This document shows, piece after piece, positions 21,012 through 31,960 of a stretch of 64,000 nucleotides of DNA; position 1 is the stretch's first letter, and each line of letters opens with the position of its first letter. The translations under genes and the position numbers were made by a program. The notes under the pieces are model-generated. The model had not been told where the DNA came from. It saw only the letters and a program-made list of their open reading frames with translations, and did no database searches. The DNA is from an uncultured Methylotenera sp. (GTDB taxonomy: Bacteria > Pseudomonadota > Gammaproteobacteria > Burkholderiales > Methylophilaceae): the NCBI GenBank assembly GCA_965649545.1, contig CBFGLF010000001.1:713-64712 (forward strand), in the 5' to 3' direction.

Positions 21012-22661
21012 CTAACTATCGCGGGTCTCCAGGATGGAGATCAGCAAAGCGATCTCTTTCGCCACTTCCATGCTGAAGCCGGCACGCTCCCCTTCCCGGT
21101 TATCCTTGATCAGCGCTTCCAGGTAATCCTTGGCCTCGGGGTTCGGCCACATGGACAGCAACTGGTCGATGATGTGCGGGAACTCTTCCAACGTGGTAGC
21201 CACGATCATCGCCACCTGTTTATGCTCCCACTGCGGCGCCATGACGTTGAAGGTCAGGTGGAATCGCTTGGCCAGTTCGGTGAAGTCGTCCTTCTTTTCC
21301 AACGTGCGGAATAGATCCAGCAAATAGATCCAGGGCTGCAGGGAGGTCCTCGGCTGTTCCTCGATGTGGTGCCGCAACAGGCTGATGGCCTCGTTGATAC
21401 GGTCCATGCTGACCAGGATGCGCGCCTCATCGACCACGGAATCGAATTCCTCGACCGAGAGCACGCCCATGTCGTCCGCCACATGGTAAGGCTGCTGGGT
21501 ATTGAAGAAGCCGCTCTCGTCCGCACTGAACGTGTTCTTGCGTAAGCCGTCGAGCTGTTCGTCGGTGACTTGGGTGATCTTGCGCGCCAGCTGCTTGCGT
21601 AACCAGCGCCAGGCGAACAAGGCCAGGATCAAGCCCAGCACCATCATGGCGAACTGCATCAACAGCAGTTTCAAGTCATCATCGAGCCAGATGCTGGCAT
21701 CCGTCGCGGCGGGAGGTACGGATGACGGTGCGATGCGCCTCTCTGGGGAAGTCGCCGGGACCCTCGGTTCCGTCGGTATGGGTTCAGTGGCTATGGGTTC
21801 TGGCCCTGTTTGTACGGGTGCTGTTTGTGCGGGCGCTGGCGGTTCGGTGACGACCGATGGGCTGGTGGCCGGCTGTTCGACAACAGGTTTGGTCTCTGTC
21901 GCGGGAGCCGTGGGGGAGCGCAAGGCCGGCTCCGCTTTCAGTGCGAGCGACGCCGCTGGTGTCGCTGACGGGGAAGTCGATCGCGTGGATGGTTCGGCCA
22001 CCGGTACCGGTCCCGGCGGCACGGTCGCCACTGATGTATCAGCTTTCAGACCTGTGGTCGCTTGCCCGAGCATCGCCGCCATCTCCAGCTGGAGTTTCGC
22101 CAGTTTGGCGTTCAGTCGTTGCAGGTTGTCCTTCAGTGCCTGGTTGCGTTGGCTCAGGCTCTCGTATTCCGCCTCCATCTGCGGCGTGACCATGATGCTG
22201 CCCGCATCCTTGATCTCGTAGCTCATCTGCAGCTTGTCCGGACGACGCGTCGATGGACGTTTGAAGGGTTTGGCCTCGCGCGACAGCGCCTTGATGTCCG
22301 GAATGACGATGATACCGGCCTGGCTGAACGGGACTGCGGTATCCAGACCCGGGTTCATGGCCGCGCTGAGCGCCCGCGTCTTCGCCACGAAGCGCCGTTG
22401 CATGGCGCGATCCTTGGGGTAGAACAACGCAGCCAGCTGATCCACGCTCTCGCCCGGCAACATCGGCCAGACCATGGTCTCGTCACCGTCGGTGGCGGTA
22501 TCAGGGTCGGTGTCCGCGAATACCAGGCTCGCCAGCCAACCGCTTGCAGCGAACAGGGTCAGCCACAGCAGGTACACAGAAAAAACCCGGCTGATGCCGG
22601 ATCTGGTTGGGTATGGGATAAAGCGGCCAACGCTCCATATATTGAATCGCTGGCCTGCCAA
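21012..22661 (-). CDS. FimV-like membrane protein (LysM-like N-domain, coiled coil, Pro/Thr/Ala-rich linker, TM, C-terminal helical repeat domain)
   Basis: 549 aa. Signal/anchor VYLLWLTLFAASGWLASLVFA; LysM-like LPGESVDQLAALFYP ... AGIIVIPD; low-complexity PVPVAEPSTRSTSPSATPAA ... PAPAQTAPVQTGPEP; TM LLLMQFAMMVLGLILALFAWRW; TPR-like C-terminus. The architecture resembles FimV/HubP. TTG start uncertain. Confidence 0.5.
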   Translation of the reverse strand: MAGQRFNIWSVGRFIPYPTRSGISRVFSVYLLWLTLFAASGWLASLVFADTDPDTATDGDETMVWPMLPGESVDQLAALFYPKDRAMQRRFVAKTRALSAAMNPGLDTAVPFSQAGIIVIPDIKALSREAKPFKRPSTRRPDKLQMSYEIKDAGSIMVTPQMEAEYESLSQRNQALKDNLQRLNAKLAKLQLEMAAMLGQATTGLKADTSVATVPPGPVPVAEPSTRSTSPSATPAASLALKAEPALRSPTAPATETKPVVEQPATSPSVVTEPPAPAQTAPVQTGPEPIATEPIPTEPRVPATSPERRIAPSSVPPAATDASIWLDDDLKLLLMQFAMMVLGLILALFAWRWLRKQLARKITQVTDEQLDGLRKNTFSADESGFFNTQQPYHVADDMGVLSVEEFDSVVDEARILVSMDRINEAISLLRHHIEEQPRTSLQPWIYLLDLFRTLEKKDDFTELAKRFHLTFNVMAPQWEHKQVAMIVATTLEEFPHIIDQLLSMWPNPEAKDYLEALIKDNREGERAGFSMEVAKEIALLISILETRDS

Positions 22662-22662
22662 G

Positions 22663-24054
22663 TTATTGTGCTCCCAGGGTGCTTCGTGCCCGACGGATCG
22701 CCTGTCTGACCTGATCCGGGGCAGTGCCGCCGATGTGGTTGCGGCTCGCGAGCGAGCCTTCGAGCGTCAGCACGTCGAACACGTCGTCACTGATGTCCTG
22801 ACTGAATCTCTGCAATTCGGTCAGAGAAAGATCGGCGAGATCGCAGCCCTTGTCGGCGGCATGCCGCACGGCCAAGGCGACCACCTCGTGGGCATCACGG
22901 AATGGCATGCCTTTCTTCACCAGGTAATCGGCGAGGTCGGTGGCGGTCGCGAAGCCTTCGGTGGCAGCGGCACGCATGGCGGCCTTGTCGACCTGGATAC
23001 CGCCCAGCATGTCGGCATAGATCTCCAGGGTCACCAGCAAGGTATCGGCCGTATCGAACAATGGCTCCTTGTCTTCCTGATTATCCTTGTTATAGGCCAA
23101 CGGTTGGGACTTCATCAAGGTCAGCAAGGCCATCAGGTGACCGGTGACCCGGCCCGTCTTGCCCCGCACCAACTCCGGTACGTCCGGATTCTTCTTCTGC
23201 GGCATGATCGACGAACCGGTACAGAAGCGGTCGGCAATGTCGATGAACCCGAAGCGCGGGCTGGACCAGAGGATCAGCTCCTCAGAGAACCGGGACAGGT
23301 GGGTCATGACCAAAGCAGCAGCCGCGGTGAATTCGATGGCGAAATCCCGATCGGAGACCGCATCCAGCGAATTCTCGCAAACGCCGTCGAAACCGAGATC
23401 CTTCGCCACACGCTCGCGATCGATCGGATAGCTGGTACCGGCCAGCGCGGCTGCGCCGAGCGGTAGCCGGTTGATCCGTTTGCGGGCATCAGCGAAACGT
23501 GCCGCGTCACGCTGCAGCATCTCGAAATAAGCCAGCAAATGATGGCCGAAGGTCACTGGCTGCGCCACCTGCAAATGCGTGAACCCCGGCATCGCGGTAT
23601 CCGCATGCTGCTCGGCGAGATCGACGATGGCAGTCTGCAGTTTCCGGATGCGGGCGATCACGTCGTCCACGGTGGCCCGCAACCACAGGCGCACATCGGT
23701 CGCCACCTGGTCGTTCCTGGAACGGCCAGTGTGCAAGCGCTTACCTGCGTCACCGATCTTATCGGTCAGGCGTTTCTCGATATTGAGATGTACATCCTCG
23801 AGATCCAGCGACCATTCGAAGGTGCCGCTCTGGATCTCCTGCAGGATCTCGCCCAGACCGCCTTCGATCGCTTTCACATCGGCCTGGCTGATGATGCCCT
23901 GCGCACCCAGCATCCGCGCGTGCGCCAACGAACCCTGGATATCGAATTCCGCGAGCCTTTGATCGAAACTCACCGAGGCCGTATAGCGTTTGACCAGTTC
24001 GGCGACCGGCTCGTTAAAACGACCGGACCAGGTTTTAGGTTTTTCTGATTTCAA
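22663..24054 (-). CDS. argH: argininosuccinate lyase
   Basis: 463 aa. WSGRF ... GRSRNDQV ... [12 protein letters not shown] fumarate-lyase signature. Confidence 0.95.
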   Translation of the reverse strand: MKSEKPKTWSGRFNEPVAELVKRYTASVSFDQRLAEFDIQGSLAHARMLGAQGIISQADVKAIEGGLGEILQEIQSGTFEWSLDLEDVHLNIEKRLTDKIGDAGKRLHTGRSRNDQVATDVRLWLRATVDDVIARIRKLQTAIVDLAEQHADTAMPGFTHLQVAQPVTFGHHLLAYFEMLQRDAARFADARKRINRLPLGAAALAGTSYPIDRERVAKDLGFDGVCENSLDAVSDRDFAIEFTAAAALVMTHLSRFSEELILWSSPRFGFIDIADRFCTGSSIMPQKKNPDVPELVRGKTGRVTGHLMALLTLMKSQPLAYNKDNQEDKEPLFDTADTLLVTLEIYADMLGGIQVDKAAMRAAATEGFATATDLADYLVKKGMPFRDAHEVVALAVRHAADKGCDLADLSLTELQRFSQDISDDVFDVLTLEGSLASRNHIGGTAPDQVRQAIRRARSTLGAQ

Positions 24055-24110
24055 TTTAGTGACTTTACTTATCTTTTGTACTGAAAAATGATTAATAATA
24101 ATATACTTAT

Positions 24111-25166
24111 ATGATTAGTATAAAGCAAAACTCCAACATTCCCATGCAAGCACTTGGCCTAGCCCCGCTGCGCTCCGCCTCGAAACTCCCGGATTTCCGC
24201 AACCTGGGAATCTGCTTGCGCATCCTGGTGATCGTGAACCTGCTGGGACTGCTGGCCGCCTTGCTGCTAGCAGAAAATCTGGGCGAGATTCTACCCGTTC
24301 TCATGCAGATCTCTGTCGTCGTCCAGCCGATTCTCTTACTGTCCTTGAGTCTGCTCTACGGTCTCTCGCCATCGTTGCGCCAGTTCAAATACCCGATCGG
24401 GATCGTCAGCGTGGTGTCCATCGTGCTGGGCATCGGCTTGCTGGTGCATTACACCTCCAACCAGTTGCTACCTGGGGTCCCGATGCCCGACCTGACCAGA
24501 CTCTGCCTGTTGAGCGCGGTGACCAACGGCATCGTGCTGTATTACTTCCACCTGCGCCAGCGGGCGCTGTCACCGGCCATCTCCGAAGCGCGCTTGCAGG
24601 CCTTGCAGGCGCGCATCCGACCGCATTTCCTGTTCAACAGCATCAATGCCGTACTTTCCATCGTGCGTAGCGAACCGGCACGCGCCGAGACCGCGCTGAT
24701 GGACATGGCCGACCTCTTCCGTGTGCTGATGGCCGACAATCGTGACCTGGTACCGCTCGCCGACGAACTGGCGCTGTGCCGGCAATACCTGGCCCTGGAA
24801 AAACTTCGGCTGGAGGAACGGTTGAGCATCGCCTGGCAGATCGACAATATGCCGCCGGACGCATTGGTTCCGCCGCTGGTACTGCAGCCGCTGCTGGAGA
24901 ACGCGGTCTATCACGGGATTGAACCGTTGCCGGAGGGCGGTAGAATCACCATCAATATCTACGCCAACCGCGACGGCGTGCACCTCATCCTGAGCAACCC
25001 CTACGTGGCGCAAGGGATCCACCATAACGGGAACAAGATGGCATTGGGAAACATCCGGGAACGACTGGCACTGCATTTCGACGCCGAAGCCTCGCTCAAG
25101 AGCCAGGTGGTCGGTGACCATTACCAGGTGCATATCGTGCTGCCGTATCACAGGAAACAAGGATGA
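24111..25166 (+). CDS. algZ: LytS/YehU-type sensor histidine kinase (FimS/AlgZ-like)
   Basis: 351 aa. Four N-terminal TM segments, His-kinase region [12 protein letters not shown], ATPase LLENAVYHG. The pairing with a LytTR regulator and the argH/hemC flanks match Pseudomonas algZ-algR. Confidence 0.7.
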   Translation: MISIKQNSNIPMQALGLAPLRSASKLPDFRNLGICLRILVIVNLLGLLAALLLAENLGEILPVLMQISVVVQPILLLSLSLLYGLSPSLRQFKYPIGIVSVVSIVLGIGLLVHYTSNQLLPGVPMPDLTRLCLLSAVTNGIVLYYFHLRQRALSPAISEARLQALQARIRPHFLFNSINAVLSIVRSEPARAETALMDMADLFRVLMADNRDLVPLADELALCRQYLALEKLRLEERLSIAWQIDNMPPDALVPPLVLQPLLENAVYHGIEPLPEGGRITINIYANRDGVHLILSNPYVAQGIHHNGNKMALGNIRERLALHFDAEASLKSQVVGDHYQVHIVLPYHRKQG

Positions 25167-25915
25167 GCGACAACGTCATCCATGTGCTTATCGTCGATGA
25201 TGAGGCCCCTGCCCGCAACCGCCTGCGCGACTTGCTGGCGGAGATGCCGCAAGTGCGGGTAGCCGGCGAGGCGCGTAACGGCGAAGAAGCCATCACCCTC
25301 GCCATGGAGCACAAACCGCAAGTGGTCCTGCTCGATATCCGCATGCCCGGCGTCGATGGCATCGAAGCCGCCGAACACCTGCAGAAGATGCCTGCGCCAC
25401 CCGCCATCATCTTCACGACCGCCTACGACACCTATGCCATGCAGGCTTTCGACATGAACGCCATCGACTACTTGTTGAAGCCGATCCGCCAGGAGCGCCT
25501 GCAAGCGGCCATCAACAAGGCCCGGGCCTTGCTGCCGGCACAGATCGCCGCATTGAAACCCTTGCAGCCGCAGCGCACGCATTTCAGCATCGTCGAGCGT
25601 GGCCGGGTGATCCTGGTGCCGGTCGCGGACGTCATCTTCCTGCGGGCGGAGCTCAAGTACATCACGGTGCGCACCAAAGAACGCGAGTACCTCATGGAAG
25701 ATTCATTGACCGGGATCGAACAGGAGTTCGGTCCGCGTTTCCTGCGCCTGCATCGCAACTGCCTAGTCGCCCAGGACAGCATCCTCGGTTACGAAAAACG
25801 GCATGAAGCGGGAGGCGAGACCCATTGGGTCGCGCTGCTGCGCGAGATCCCCGACACCATCGCCGTCAGCCGGCGTCAGCATCATGTCTTGCGTAACCTG
25901 AACCAGCGCCAATAA
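25163..25915 (+). CDS. algR: LytTR family response regulator (AlgR-like)
   Basis: 250 aa. Receiver domain VLIVDDE ... LLDIRMPG, with a C-terminal LytTR DNA-binding domain. 4-nt overlap with the kinase gene. Confidence 0.8.
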   Translation: MSDNVIHVLIVDDEAPARNRLRDLLAEMPQVRVAGEARNGEEAITLAMEHKPQVVLLDIRMPGVDGIEAAEHLQKMPAPPAIIFTTAYDTYAMQAFDMNAIDYLLKPIRQERLQAAINKARALLPAQIAALKPLQPQRTHFSIVERGRVILVPVADVIFLRAELKYITVRTKEREYLMEDSLTGIEQEFGPRFLRLHRNCLVAQDSILGYEKRHEAGGETHWVALLREIPDTIAVSRRQHHVLRNLNQRQ

Positions 25916-25946
25916 TCACGAACACCCGGGACTCGAAAGCCTCCGT

Positions 25947-26801
25947 ATGGAAAACCAGTTACAGAACGTCGATCATCTCAAGAACACCCTGATCGACATC
26001 GCCTTGCAATTCGGCCCCAAGGTATTGGTCGCCACCCTGATCATCGTCGTCGGCGTCTATGTGGGTCGCTGGATCGGCAAGCTGCTCGAGGGGGGCCTCA
26101 AGAAATTCCACCTGGAAGCGCCGGTGGAGCAGCTGCTGGTGCGCATCGTGCGCGTCCTCATCCTGGCCTTGTTCGTCATCATGGCACTGCAGAACCTGGG
26201 CATCGAGCTGCTACCGCTCATCGCCGGTATCGGCGTCGCCGGTGCCGGCATCGCGCTGGCGATGCAAGGGGTGCTCGGTAATATCGTCGCCGGACTCACC
26301 ATCATCTTCACCAAGCCGTTCAAGATCGGCGAGTACATCTCCATCGTCGGCGAAGAGGGGCGCGTGGAGAACATCACCCTGTTCACCAGCGAGTTGAGCC
26401 ACACCGATCATTCACGCGTGGTCATCCCCAATCGCAAGATCGTCGGCGAGATCCTGCACAATTACGGCAAGATCCGCCAGCTCGACCTCGAGGTCGGCGT
26501 GGCCTACGACACCGATCTGGACCTGGCGCTGACGACGATCCATGCCATCCTCGACGAGAACCCACGGGTGCTGGAAGCGCCCCAGGCCATCGTCCATGTC
26601 CGGGTGCTGGCAGCCTCCTCGATCAATATCGCGGTCAAACCCTGGGTCGAGGTGCCGGATTACCTGGCCGCGATGGGCGAGGTCAACAAAGCCATCGTCG
26701 AGCGCTTCCGCGCGCAGGGCATCGCCATCCCCTTCCCGCAGCAGGAGGTTCGCCTGCTGGGAGCGGAGGGTGCTCGCCAGGGCGAGAATCCGGCCCACTA
26801 G
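25947..26801 (+). CDS. small-conductance mechanosensitive channel (MscS family)
   Basis: 284 aa. Three TM segments, then the MscS beta-domain motif FKIGEYISIVGEEGRVENITLFTSEL. Confidence 0.85.
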   Translation: MENQLQNVDHLKNTLIDIALQFGPKVLVATLIIVVGVYVGRWIGKLLEGGLKKFHLEAPVEQLLVRIVRVLILALFVIMALQNLGIELLPLIAGIGVAGAGIALAMQGVLGNIVAGLTIIFTKPFKIGEYISIVGEEGRVENITLFTSELSHTDHSRVVIPNRKIVGEILHNYGKIRQLDLEVGVAYDTDLDLALTTIHAILDENPRVLEAPQAIVHVRVLAASSINIAVKPWVEVPDYLAAMGEVNKAIVERFRAQGIAIPFPQQEVRLLGAEGARQGENPAH

Positions 26802-26849
26802 CCCTGTGTTAAAATCCGGCATCGATTTTCTCAACCTTCTGGCCTGCCC

Positions 26850-27797
26850 GTGAATCCTCTTCCCCCGAAAAAACTGGTCATCGCCTCACGCGAAAGTGCC
26901 TTAGCCATGTGGCAGGCACGCCATATCCAGACGACCTTGCAATCGCTCTATCCACAGACCGTGGTCGAGATCCTCGGTATGACCACGACCGGCGACCAGA
27001 TCCTGGATTCGCCGCTCGCGCGTATCGGCGGCAAGGGGCTTTTCGTCAAGGAACTGGAACAGGCGCTGGCAGACGGCCGCGCCGATCTCGCCGTACACTC
27101 CATGAAAGATGTCCCCATGCATCTGCCGGACGGGTTCGCCATGGCAGCGATCGGCGAGCGCGAGGACCCGCGAGATGCTTTCGTTTCCAACAATCATCGC
27201 CGACTGGAAGACCTACCTGAAGGCAGCGTCGTCGGCACATCGAGCCTGCGCAGGCAAAGCCAGCTGCAGGCAAGGTTCCCGCACCTCAAGATCGAGTCGC
27301 TGCGCGGCAACCTGCAGACCCGACTGCGCAAGCTGGATGAAGGGCAATATGCCGCCATCATCCTGGCGGCCGCAGGCCTCAAGCGCCTTGGCCTGGAAGC
27401 GCGCATCGCCCAGCTGATCGCCACCGAGGACAGCATCCCGGCCGTAGGCCAGGGCGCCCTCGGCATCGAGATCAACGCCGCGCGGGAAGACCTGCTGTCC
27501 GTGCTGGCACCGCTCAATCACCCCGACACCGCCGCTTGCGTGACCGCTGAACGTGGCATGAGCCGGGCACTGGCAGGGAGCTGCACGGTGCCGTTGGGGG
27601 CCTATGCCGAAAAATCGGGCGAGCACATCCGCATCTGCGGTTTCGTCGCCAGTGTCGACGGCAAGCAACTGCTGCGCGAGGAGGTCGAAGGCGTTGCGAC
27701 AGACCCGGAAGCATTGGGTCGCCTGCTCGCGGGCAAACTGGTCGCGCGTGGCGCGGACCGCATCCTGGCCGCGCTGGCCGATCAGAGTCATGCCTGA
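26850..27797 (+). CDS. hemC: hydroxymethylbilane synthase
   Basis: 315 aa, GTG start. [13 protein letters not shown] ... [11 protein letters not shown] ... SLRGN.QTRL. Confidence 0.93.
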   Translation: MNPLPPKKLVIASRESALAMWQARHIQTTLQSLYPQTVVEILGMTTTGDQILDSPLARIGGKGLFVKELEQALADGRADLAVHSMKDVPMHLPDGFAMAAIGEREDPRDAFVSNNHRRLEDLPEGSVVGTSSLRRQSQLQARFPHLKIESLRGNLQTRLRKLDEGQYAAIILAAAGLKRLGLEARIAQLIATEDSIPAVGQGALGIEINAAREDLLSVLAPLNHPDTAACVTAERGMSRALAGSCTVPLGAYAEKSGEHIRICGFVASVDGKQLLREEVEGVATDPEALGRLLAGKLVARGADRILAALADQSHA

Positions 27798-28587
27798 AGG
27801 CAGGCTGCAGGACCGCCATATCGTCATCACCCGGCCCGCAGCGCAGGCCCGCAAACTGAGCCAGCTCGTGCGTGCTGAGGGCGGCATCGAGCACCTGTTT
27901 CCGTTGATCGAGATCGTCCCCTTGTCGGACTATACGGCGTTCGACGCTGCGCTGGAGGATCTGCAGGATCACGACTGGGCGATCTTCATCAGTTCGAATG
28001 CCGTCGAGAACGGCATGCCGCGGTTGATCGCGCGTCATGGCACCCTTCCGCCCACCCTCAGGTTCGCCGCCATCGGCCCGGTCACGGCCACCGGTCTGGC
28101 ACAGCATGGCGTCACGCAGACGCTGACGCCACAAGGGCGCTTCGACAGCGAAGCCTTGCTAGAGCTGCCCGAGATGCAGGCGGTCGCCGGTAAGAAGATC
28201 ATGATATTTCGCGGTGTCGGCGGGCGCGAGCTCCTCGCGGAGCGACTGCGCGCGCGCGGGGCTCAGGTCACCTTCGCCGAATGTTATCGCCGCATCAATC
28301 CGCAGGCCAGTGCCGACAGCTTGCACACCCTGTGGCAGAATAATCAGCTAGATGCCATCGTCGTCACCAGCAGTGAGGCCATGCGACATCTGCTCGACCT
28401 CGCGGATGAAGGCGCGACGTGGTTATCCGGCACCCCGGTCTGCGTCAACCATGCACGCATCGGGGAACTGGGCGCGCAACACGGCTTGATGACATCGGTG
28501 GCCGACGCGCCTGGCGATGAAGCCATGCTGGCCTGCCTCATCAGCACCTTGGACCAGACACAGGGATCGATAAAAGACCGCTCATGA
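27790..28587 (+). CDS. hemD: uroporphyrinogen-III synthase
   Basis: The track ORF 27604..28587 overlaps hemC. ATG 27790 (8-nt overlap with the hemC stop) gives [20 protein letters not shown]... Position between hemC and hemX. Confidence 0.85.
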   Translation: MPEGRLQDRHIVITRPAAQARKLSQLVRAEGGIEHLFPLIEIVPLSDYTAFDAALEDLQDHDWAIFISSNAVENGMPRLIARHGTLPPTLRFAAIGPVTATGLAQHGVTQTLTPQGRFDSEALLELPEMQAVAGKKIMIFRGVGGRELLAERLRARGAQVTFAECYRRINPQASADSLHTLWQNNQLDAIVVTSSEAMRHLLDLADEGATWLSGTPVCVNHARIGELGAQHGLMTSVADAPGDEAMLACLISTLDQTQGSIKDRS

Positions 28588-29657
28588 CAGAACAGCCCGT
28601 TACGCCCGAATCATCGCAGGATCCCGCGCCGGTCCGTCGCTCCTCGCTTTTCGCCCGCGCCGCCCTGCTCCTGGTGATCGTCGCCCTGCTCACGCTGGCC
28701 TGGCAATGGCTCAATACGCGCCATCGATTCAACCAGGTCGAACAATCGCTGAGTGAAAGACTGGAGCAACTGAAGGAGACCAACCAGCAAAGCCTCGCGC
28801 TGGCCAAGAACGCGGACGAGCGCAGCGTCGAGACGGCAGCCCGCGCCGCGCAGCTGGAGCAGAGACTCGCCGAATCGCAGGATCAGCAGGAAGCGCTGCA
28901 AACACTGTACATGGAACTCGCCAACAACCGCGAAGAGCGCCTGATCTCCGAAGTCGAGCAACTCTTGATCATCGCCAACCAGCAACTGCAACTGGTCGGC
29001 AACCTCAAGTCCGCGCTGATCGCCCTGCAGACCGCTGACGGGCGTTTACAGCAGCTGGACAGCCCCCAGGTCATCCAGCTGCGCAAGCAAGTGGCGCAGG
29101 ATCTGCAGCGATTGCAGAGCCTGCCCACGGTCGATATCGTCGGCATGAGCCTGAAACTGTCCAATCTGGCGGAGAGCATCGACAGCCTGCCGCTCGTGAG
29201 CGAGCGTCATCCCAAGAGCAACCCGCCGCCGCAACCGGAATGGCAGCACAGTCCGCTTCGCCGATTCACCCAGGAACTTTGGCACGACCTGAAGCAGATG
29301 GTCAGGCTGGAACGGGTGGATCGGCCGGAACCGCCCTTGCTGGCGCCAGACCAGACCTTCTTCCTGCGCGAGAACATCAAGCTGCGGTTACTCACGGCCC
29401 GCATCGCATTGTTGCAACATGACGAAGCGACCTACCGCAACGACCTGGCGGCGGCCGAAAAATGGCTCAATAGCCATTTTGACCAGCGCGAGCCCGCTAC
29501 CAAGAGCGCACTGCGTACCATCGCCCAGCTGTCTGCCAGTGACATCACTATCCAGTTGCCGGACATCGGCGAAAGCCTGGCGCTGGTGAGCAAGTACAAG
29601 CTCACACTGGAACGCAAGTCCAGCGCGGCGAGCGCCCCTGCCGAACGGAAGCGGTGA
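28584..29657 (+). CDS. hemX: HemX-family membrane protein (often annotated uroporphyrin-III C-methyltransferase)
   Basis: 357 aa. N-terminal TM, coiled-coil periplasmic region, 4-nt overlaps with hemD and hemY. hemCDXY synteny. Confidence 0.7.
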   Translation: MTEQPVTPESSQDPAPVRRSSLFARAALLLVIVALLTLAWQWLNTRHRFNQVEQSLSERLEQLKETNQQSLALAKNADERSVETAARAAQLEQRLAESQDQQEALQTLYMELANNREERLISEVEQLLIIANQQLQLVGNLKSALIALQTADGRLQQLDSPQVIQLRKQVAQDLQRLQSLPTVDIVGMSLKLSNLAESIDSLPLVSERHPKSNPPPQPEWQHSPLRRFTQELWHDLKQMVRLERVDRPEPPLLAPDQTFFLRENIKLRLLTARIALLQHDEATYRNDLAAAEKWLNSHFDQREPATKSALRTIAQLSASDITIQLPDIGESLALVSKYKLTLERKSSAASAPAERKR

Positions 29658-30835
29658 TGCGCTGGCTGTTCTGGATACTGCTGACCCTGGCACTGGCGAT
29701 CGGTGTCTCCATGGTGTTGGGCAATAACGAAGGGTATGTGCTGATCGTCCGCCAGCCCTACCGCCTCGAATTGTCGCTCAACTTCCTGCTGATCCTGATC
29801 GTGCTGATGTTCGCCTCGCTGCACCTGATGCTACGCCTCGTGCATTACATCCAGCGACTGCCGGCCAGCGTGCGGACCTATAAAGAAGGCAAGCGGCTGA
29901 AGGATGGCCACGCCGCCTTGCTGACGAGCCTGCACGCCATCACCGAAGGCCACTATGCCGCAGCCGAGAAATCGGCTGCGCGGGCGCTGGAGTTGGGAGA
30001 AGACCCAGCCCTCAGCGCGCTGATCGCTGCGCGCGCTTCGCACAAGATGCATCAGAAGGGCCAGCGTGATTACTACCTGGCCGAAGCCGAGCGGCTGGCG
30101 CCGCATGCCGCCGTCGCCCGCTTGTTGACCCAGGCGGAGCTGTTGCTGGACGACAGGCAGTACATGCATGCGCTCGAGGTGTTGCATCGACTGGAGAAGA
30201 TAGAGCCTAGGCACGTCGGTGCCATGCTGCTCGAATTGAAGGTCCAGCTACGCCTGGAACAATGGGAGAAGGTACTTTCCGTGCTCCAACAACTGGAAAG
30301 ATGCGAAGGCATCGCTTCCTGGCAGGCGCGTGAGTATCGACAACAAGCCTATCTGCAGATCCTCAATCGCTACGTCAGCGATCCCCAAGGGCTGTTGGCT
30401 TACTGGAAAGCTATCCCCGAAGAGGACCGACTCAGCGCGCGCCTGGCCCAAGCCGGCGCTCACAGCTTCAATGCCATCGGCAACGGCGATCAGGCCTACG
30501 AGATCGTCGCCATGAGCCTCACCAAACAATGGGATACCGAGCTTGCCGGCATGATCGGGGATTGTGCGAGCAGCAAGGCGACGGAACAGCTACAGCAGGC
30601 CGAAAATTGGTTACTGAGCCACGAAGGTGACGCCAACCTGCTGCTTTCGCTGGGCAAGCTGTGCATCAGGCTCAGCCTGTGGGGCAAGGCGCAGAGTTAT
30701 CTGGAAGCCAGCATCAGCGTCAAGCCGACCGCGACCGCACATCTCATGCTCGCCAAGATGCTGGAAGGTCGTGGCGAGACCAACGACGCATTCAAGCATT
30801 ACCGATTGAGCGTCCAGTTCTGTCAGCAGGCTTGA
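29654..30835 (+). CDS. hemY: HemY-family TPR membrane protein
   Basis: 393 aa. Two N-terminal TM segments followed by TPR-like repeats. Last gene of the hemCDXY block. Confidence 0.75.
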   Translation: MMRWLFWILLTLALAIGVSMVLGNNEGYVLIVRQPYRLELSLNFLLILIVLMFASLHLMLRLVHYIQRLPASVRTYKEGKRLKDGHAALLTSLHAITEGHYAAAEKSAARALELGEDPALSALIAARASHKMHQKGQRDYYLAEAERLAPHAAVARLLTQAELLLDDRQYMHALEVLHRLEKIEPRHVGAMLLELKVQLRLEQWEKVLSVLQQLERCEGIASWQAREYRQQAYLQILNRYVSDPQGLLAYWKAIPEEDRLSARLAQAGAHSFNAIGNGDQAYEIVAMSLTKQWDTELAGMIGDCASSKATEQLQQAENWLLSHEGDANLLLSLGKLCIRLSLWGKAQSYLEASISVKPTATAHLMLAKMLEGRGETNDAFKHYRLSVQFCQQA

Positions 30836-30857
30836 CCACCAGGCCTGTTTTGGCCGA

Positions 30858-31889
30858 TCAGGCAGGCGTTTTCGGCACAGGGTTGGAGAACGTGAACGCG
30901 TCCGAAAAGAATTCGTCCTCGGGCATGCCGCGCTTCTGGAATTCGACGTGGGCCGTTTCCACCATCTGCGGCGCGCCACAACAATAGACCTGGTAAGCAC
31001 TGAGGTCCTCATGATCTTCCAGGACTGCATGGTGGACCAGGCCGGTGCGGCCCTGCCAGTTATCATTGGCATGCGGTTCCGACAACACCGGGATGAACTT
31101 GAAGTTGGGATGCATGGATTGCCACTGCACCGGCAATAACGGTAGATAGAGGTCTTCCAGCGCACGCACACCCCAGTACAAGACCATCTCGCGCTTGATG
31201 TTGTGATGCAAGGCATGCTCGATGATGCCTTTGATCGGCGCAAAGCCGGTCCCGCCGGCGACGAAGATGATCGGGCGGTCTGAGTCCTCCCGCAGGTAGA
31301 AGCTGCCGAACGGGCCTTCAAGCCGCAGGATGGATTTCTCCTGCATCTCGTTGAACACATACTCAGTGAACTGGCCGCCCGGGATCAGCCGCATGTGCAG
31401 CTCCAGGAACTCGTCGTTGTGCGGTGCATTCGCCAGCGAGAAGGCGCGACGCTTGCCGTCCTTGAGCAAGAACTCGATGTACTGGCCGGGCATGAACTGC
31501 ATGCGCTCGTTGCTCGGCAGTTTCAACTGCAGCACCATGACGTCATGGGAGAGGCTTTGCATCTTCTGCACGCGCGCAGGCATGATGCGTGGCTTGATGC
31601 CGTCCTTGCCGGTCACTTCGCGACATTCGATCACGAGGTCGGTCAAGGGTAAGGCACAGCAGAACAAGGCATAACCCGCCGCTTGTTCCGCCTCCGTCAT
31701 GGCGTTCCGCTGATAGTCTCCCTGATACACCTCGCCTGACAGGACCTTGCCCTTGCAGGCGCCGCAAGCACCATTGCGGCATCCATACGGCAGATTGAAA
31801 CCGGCTTCGACCGCGGCACTGAGCACGGTTTCACCCGCCCTGATCTCGAAGGTATGGCCGCTGGGCTGAATGGTGACTTGCTGGGACAT
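30858..31889 (-). CDS. 2Fe-2S ferredoxin / FAD / NAD(P)H oxidoreductase (CDP-6-deoxy-delta-3,4-glucoseen reductase-like)
   Basis: 343 aa. Plant-type ferredoxin cysteines CRNGACGACKG ... C, flavin motif RAFSLAN, NAD-binding GGTGFAP. Confidence 0.8.
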   Translation of the reverse strand: MSQQVTIQPSGHTFEIRAGETVLSAAVEAGFNLPYGCRNGACGACKGKVLSGEVYQGDYQRNAMTEAEQAAGYALFCCALPLTDLVIECREVTGKDGIKPRIMPARVQKMQSLSHDVMVLQLKLPSNERMQFMPGQYIEFLLKDGKRRAFSLANAPHNDEFLELHMRLIPGGQFTEYVFNEMQEKSILRLEGPFGSFYLREDSDRPIIFVAGGTGFAPIKGIIEHALHHNIKREMVLYWGVRALEDLYLPLLPVQWQSMHPNFKFIPVLSEPHANDNWQGRTGLVHHAVLEDHEDLSAYQVYCCGAPQMVETAHVEFQKRGMPEDEFFSDAFTFSNPVPKTPA

Positions 31890-31960
31890 GCTGAAAATCC
31901 TATTGGTAGCAACGACTTAAACCCGGCAGTTTAACATAGCCGGTCGATCTGGCTTTGCGG

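Noticed and set aside
24055-24110. Very AT-rich 56-bp block between argH and algZ, considered as an insertion scar or origin-like element.
   Set aside because: It is short, has no repeats or DnaA boxes, and sits exactly where two divergent promoters are expected.
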